Source: Dehalococcoidia bacterium
GTDB taxonomy: Bacteria > Chloroflexota > Dehalococcoidia > SpSt-223
DNA length: 64,000 nucleotides
Direction: 5' to 3'
NCBI GenBank assembly: GCA_026003895.1
Contig: BPIC01000007.1
Location: forward strand, 19,473 to 83,472
Part shown: positions 63,277 to 64,000 of the stretch, piece after piece
Layout: each line of letters begins with the position of its first letter
How positions within the stretch are numbered: the stretch's first letter is position 1
Made by a program: the position numbers and the translations under genes
The notes under the pieces: generated by a model
Seen by the model: only the letters and a program-made list of their open reading frames with translations
What the model was told of the DNA's origin: nothing
Databases searched by the model: none

Positions 63277-64000
63277 GAGGTTCCCCCTCGCCGGCGCGGC
63301 GCTGAGCGAACGCCCAATCGAGCAGCAGCGCGGACTCCGCTGCCGGGTTTGGGCTGTGCAGAACGACGACGATCATCCGGTGGCCGCCACGCGTCGCCGA
63401 AGCCGCGTAGGCGCGGCCGGCGCGCCGCGTGTAACCGACTTTGATCCCGTCCGCTCCGAGGTAGCTGCCCAGCAGCGTGTTCAAGTTCGAAATGCGATAC
63501 GGCGGGTCAGCGCGGACAACCCACGATCGGGCGGCGACGATCGTGGCGAATTGGTCGTTCAGCATCGCCTCGCGAGCGATTCGGGCAAGATCCTCGGCAG
63601 TCGAGAGGTGATCTGGGTGGTCGAGGCCGTGTGGGTTGACGAAGCGGGTGTGCCGGAGGCCCATCCAGCGGATCCGCTGGTTCATCATTGTCACGAAGGC
63701 GGCGTCGGAGCCGGCGATGTGGCGACCAATTGCTAAGGCGGCGTCGTTGCCGGAAGGTAGCATCAGGCCGTATAGCAGGTCTTCGAGGGGAAGAACCATT
63801 CCCGGCCGCAGGCCCATCACCGTGCTGCGCGGCATCGCGCTTGCGTCAACGTCGATCACGACGACGTCGTCGAGCCGCCCCTCTTCAAGGGCGACCAGCG
63901 CGGTGACCATTTTTGTCAGGCTGGCGGGGTGAACAGCGGCGCGCTCGTTCTTGCCGAAAAGCAGACTACCGGTGGTGGCATCGAGCACCGCCACCTCGGT
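63266..64000 (-). CDS. D-alanyl-D-alanine carboxypeptidase (peptidase S11), C-terminal part; 5' end beyond the window
   Basis: PASLTKMVTALVALE (SxxK), LPSGNDAA (SxN), IKVGYTRRAG (KTG-like). It is open to the window end and has an 11-nt overlap with the downstream aminotransferase gene. Confidence 0.8.
   Translation of the reverse strand, partial: TEVAVLDATTGSLLFGKNERAAVHPASLTKMVTALVALEEGRLDDVVVIDVDASAMPRSTVMGLRPGMVLPLEDLLYGLMLPSGNDAALAIGRHIAGSDAAFVTMMNQRIRWMGLRHTRFVNPHGLDHPDHLSTAEDLARIAREAMLNDQFATIVAARSWVVRADPPYRISNLNTLLGSYLGADGIKVGYTRRAGRAYAASATRGGHRMIVVVLHSPNPAAESALLLDWAFAQRRAGEGEPREG

Overview
High-GC bacterial chromosomal window, densely coding on both strands. PT-rich linkers on secreted proteins, GT-C/PMT-type membrane glycosyltransferases, DUF5122 and FG-GAP propellers and lipoproteins suggest a Chloroflexota/Thermomicrobia-like lineage, but this is inference only. 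About 50 genes are supported. Housekeeping genes: recF (5' part), argG-argH, sbcC, glnA, hslU, tgt, a methylase-MazG fusion, a class-I aminotransferase and a D-Ala-D-Ala carboxypeptidase (partial). Other content: a MocR-associated catabolic islet (crotonase, amidohydrolase_2, alpha/beta hydrolase, triple-RidA protein), a tightly coupled mocA-xdhC-xdhC(N)-DUF402 operon, an MFP/RND efflux operon with a secreted lectin/propeller gene between its two parts, a triple-FHA ABC exporter convergent on a membrane-glycosyltransferase operon, a GT2/CruF-like/acyltransferase trio, and three very large secreted beta-propeller proteins. I recognised no rRNA, tRNA, CRISPR array, transposase, integrase or phage gene. 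Most long track ORFs antisense to the called genes are GC-driven artefacts. The most notable observations are these. (1) A canonical tgt is followed by a small ORF and a TGT-fold paralogue that keeps the zinc site but has lost the base-pocket residues. (2) A DUF5122-propeller paralogue array has argG-argH bracketed by direct repeats of about 470 bp, and its full-length copy carries both a +1 G-run frameshift and an in-frame TAA. (3) A 14-blade propeller has most blades carrying a CxxxxC insertion. (4) A secreted protein is encoded in the middle of an RND efflux operon. No candidate is proven to be a new system. All functional links are hypotheses resting on motif reading by eye, without database searches.
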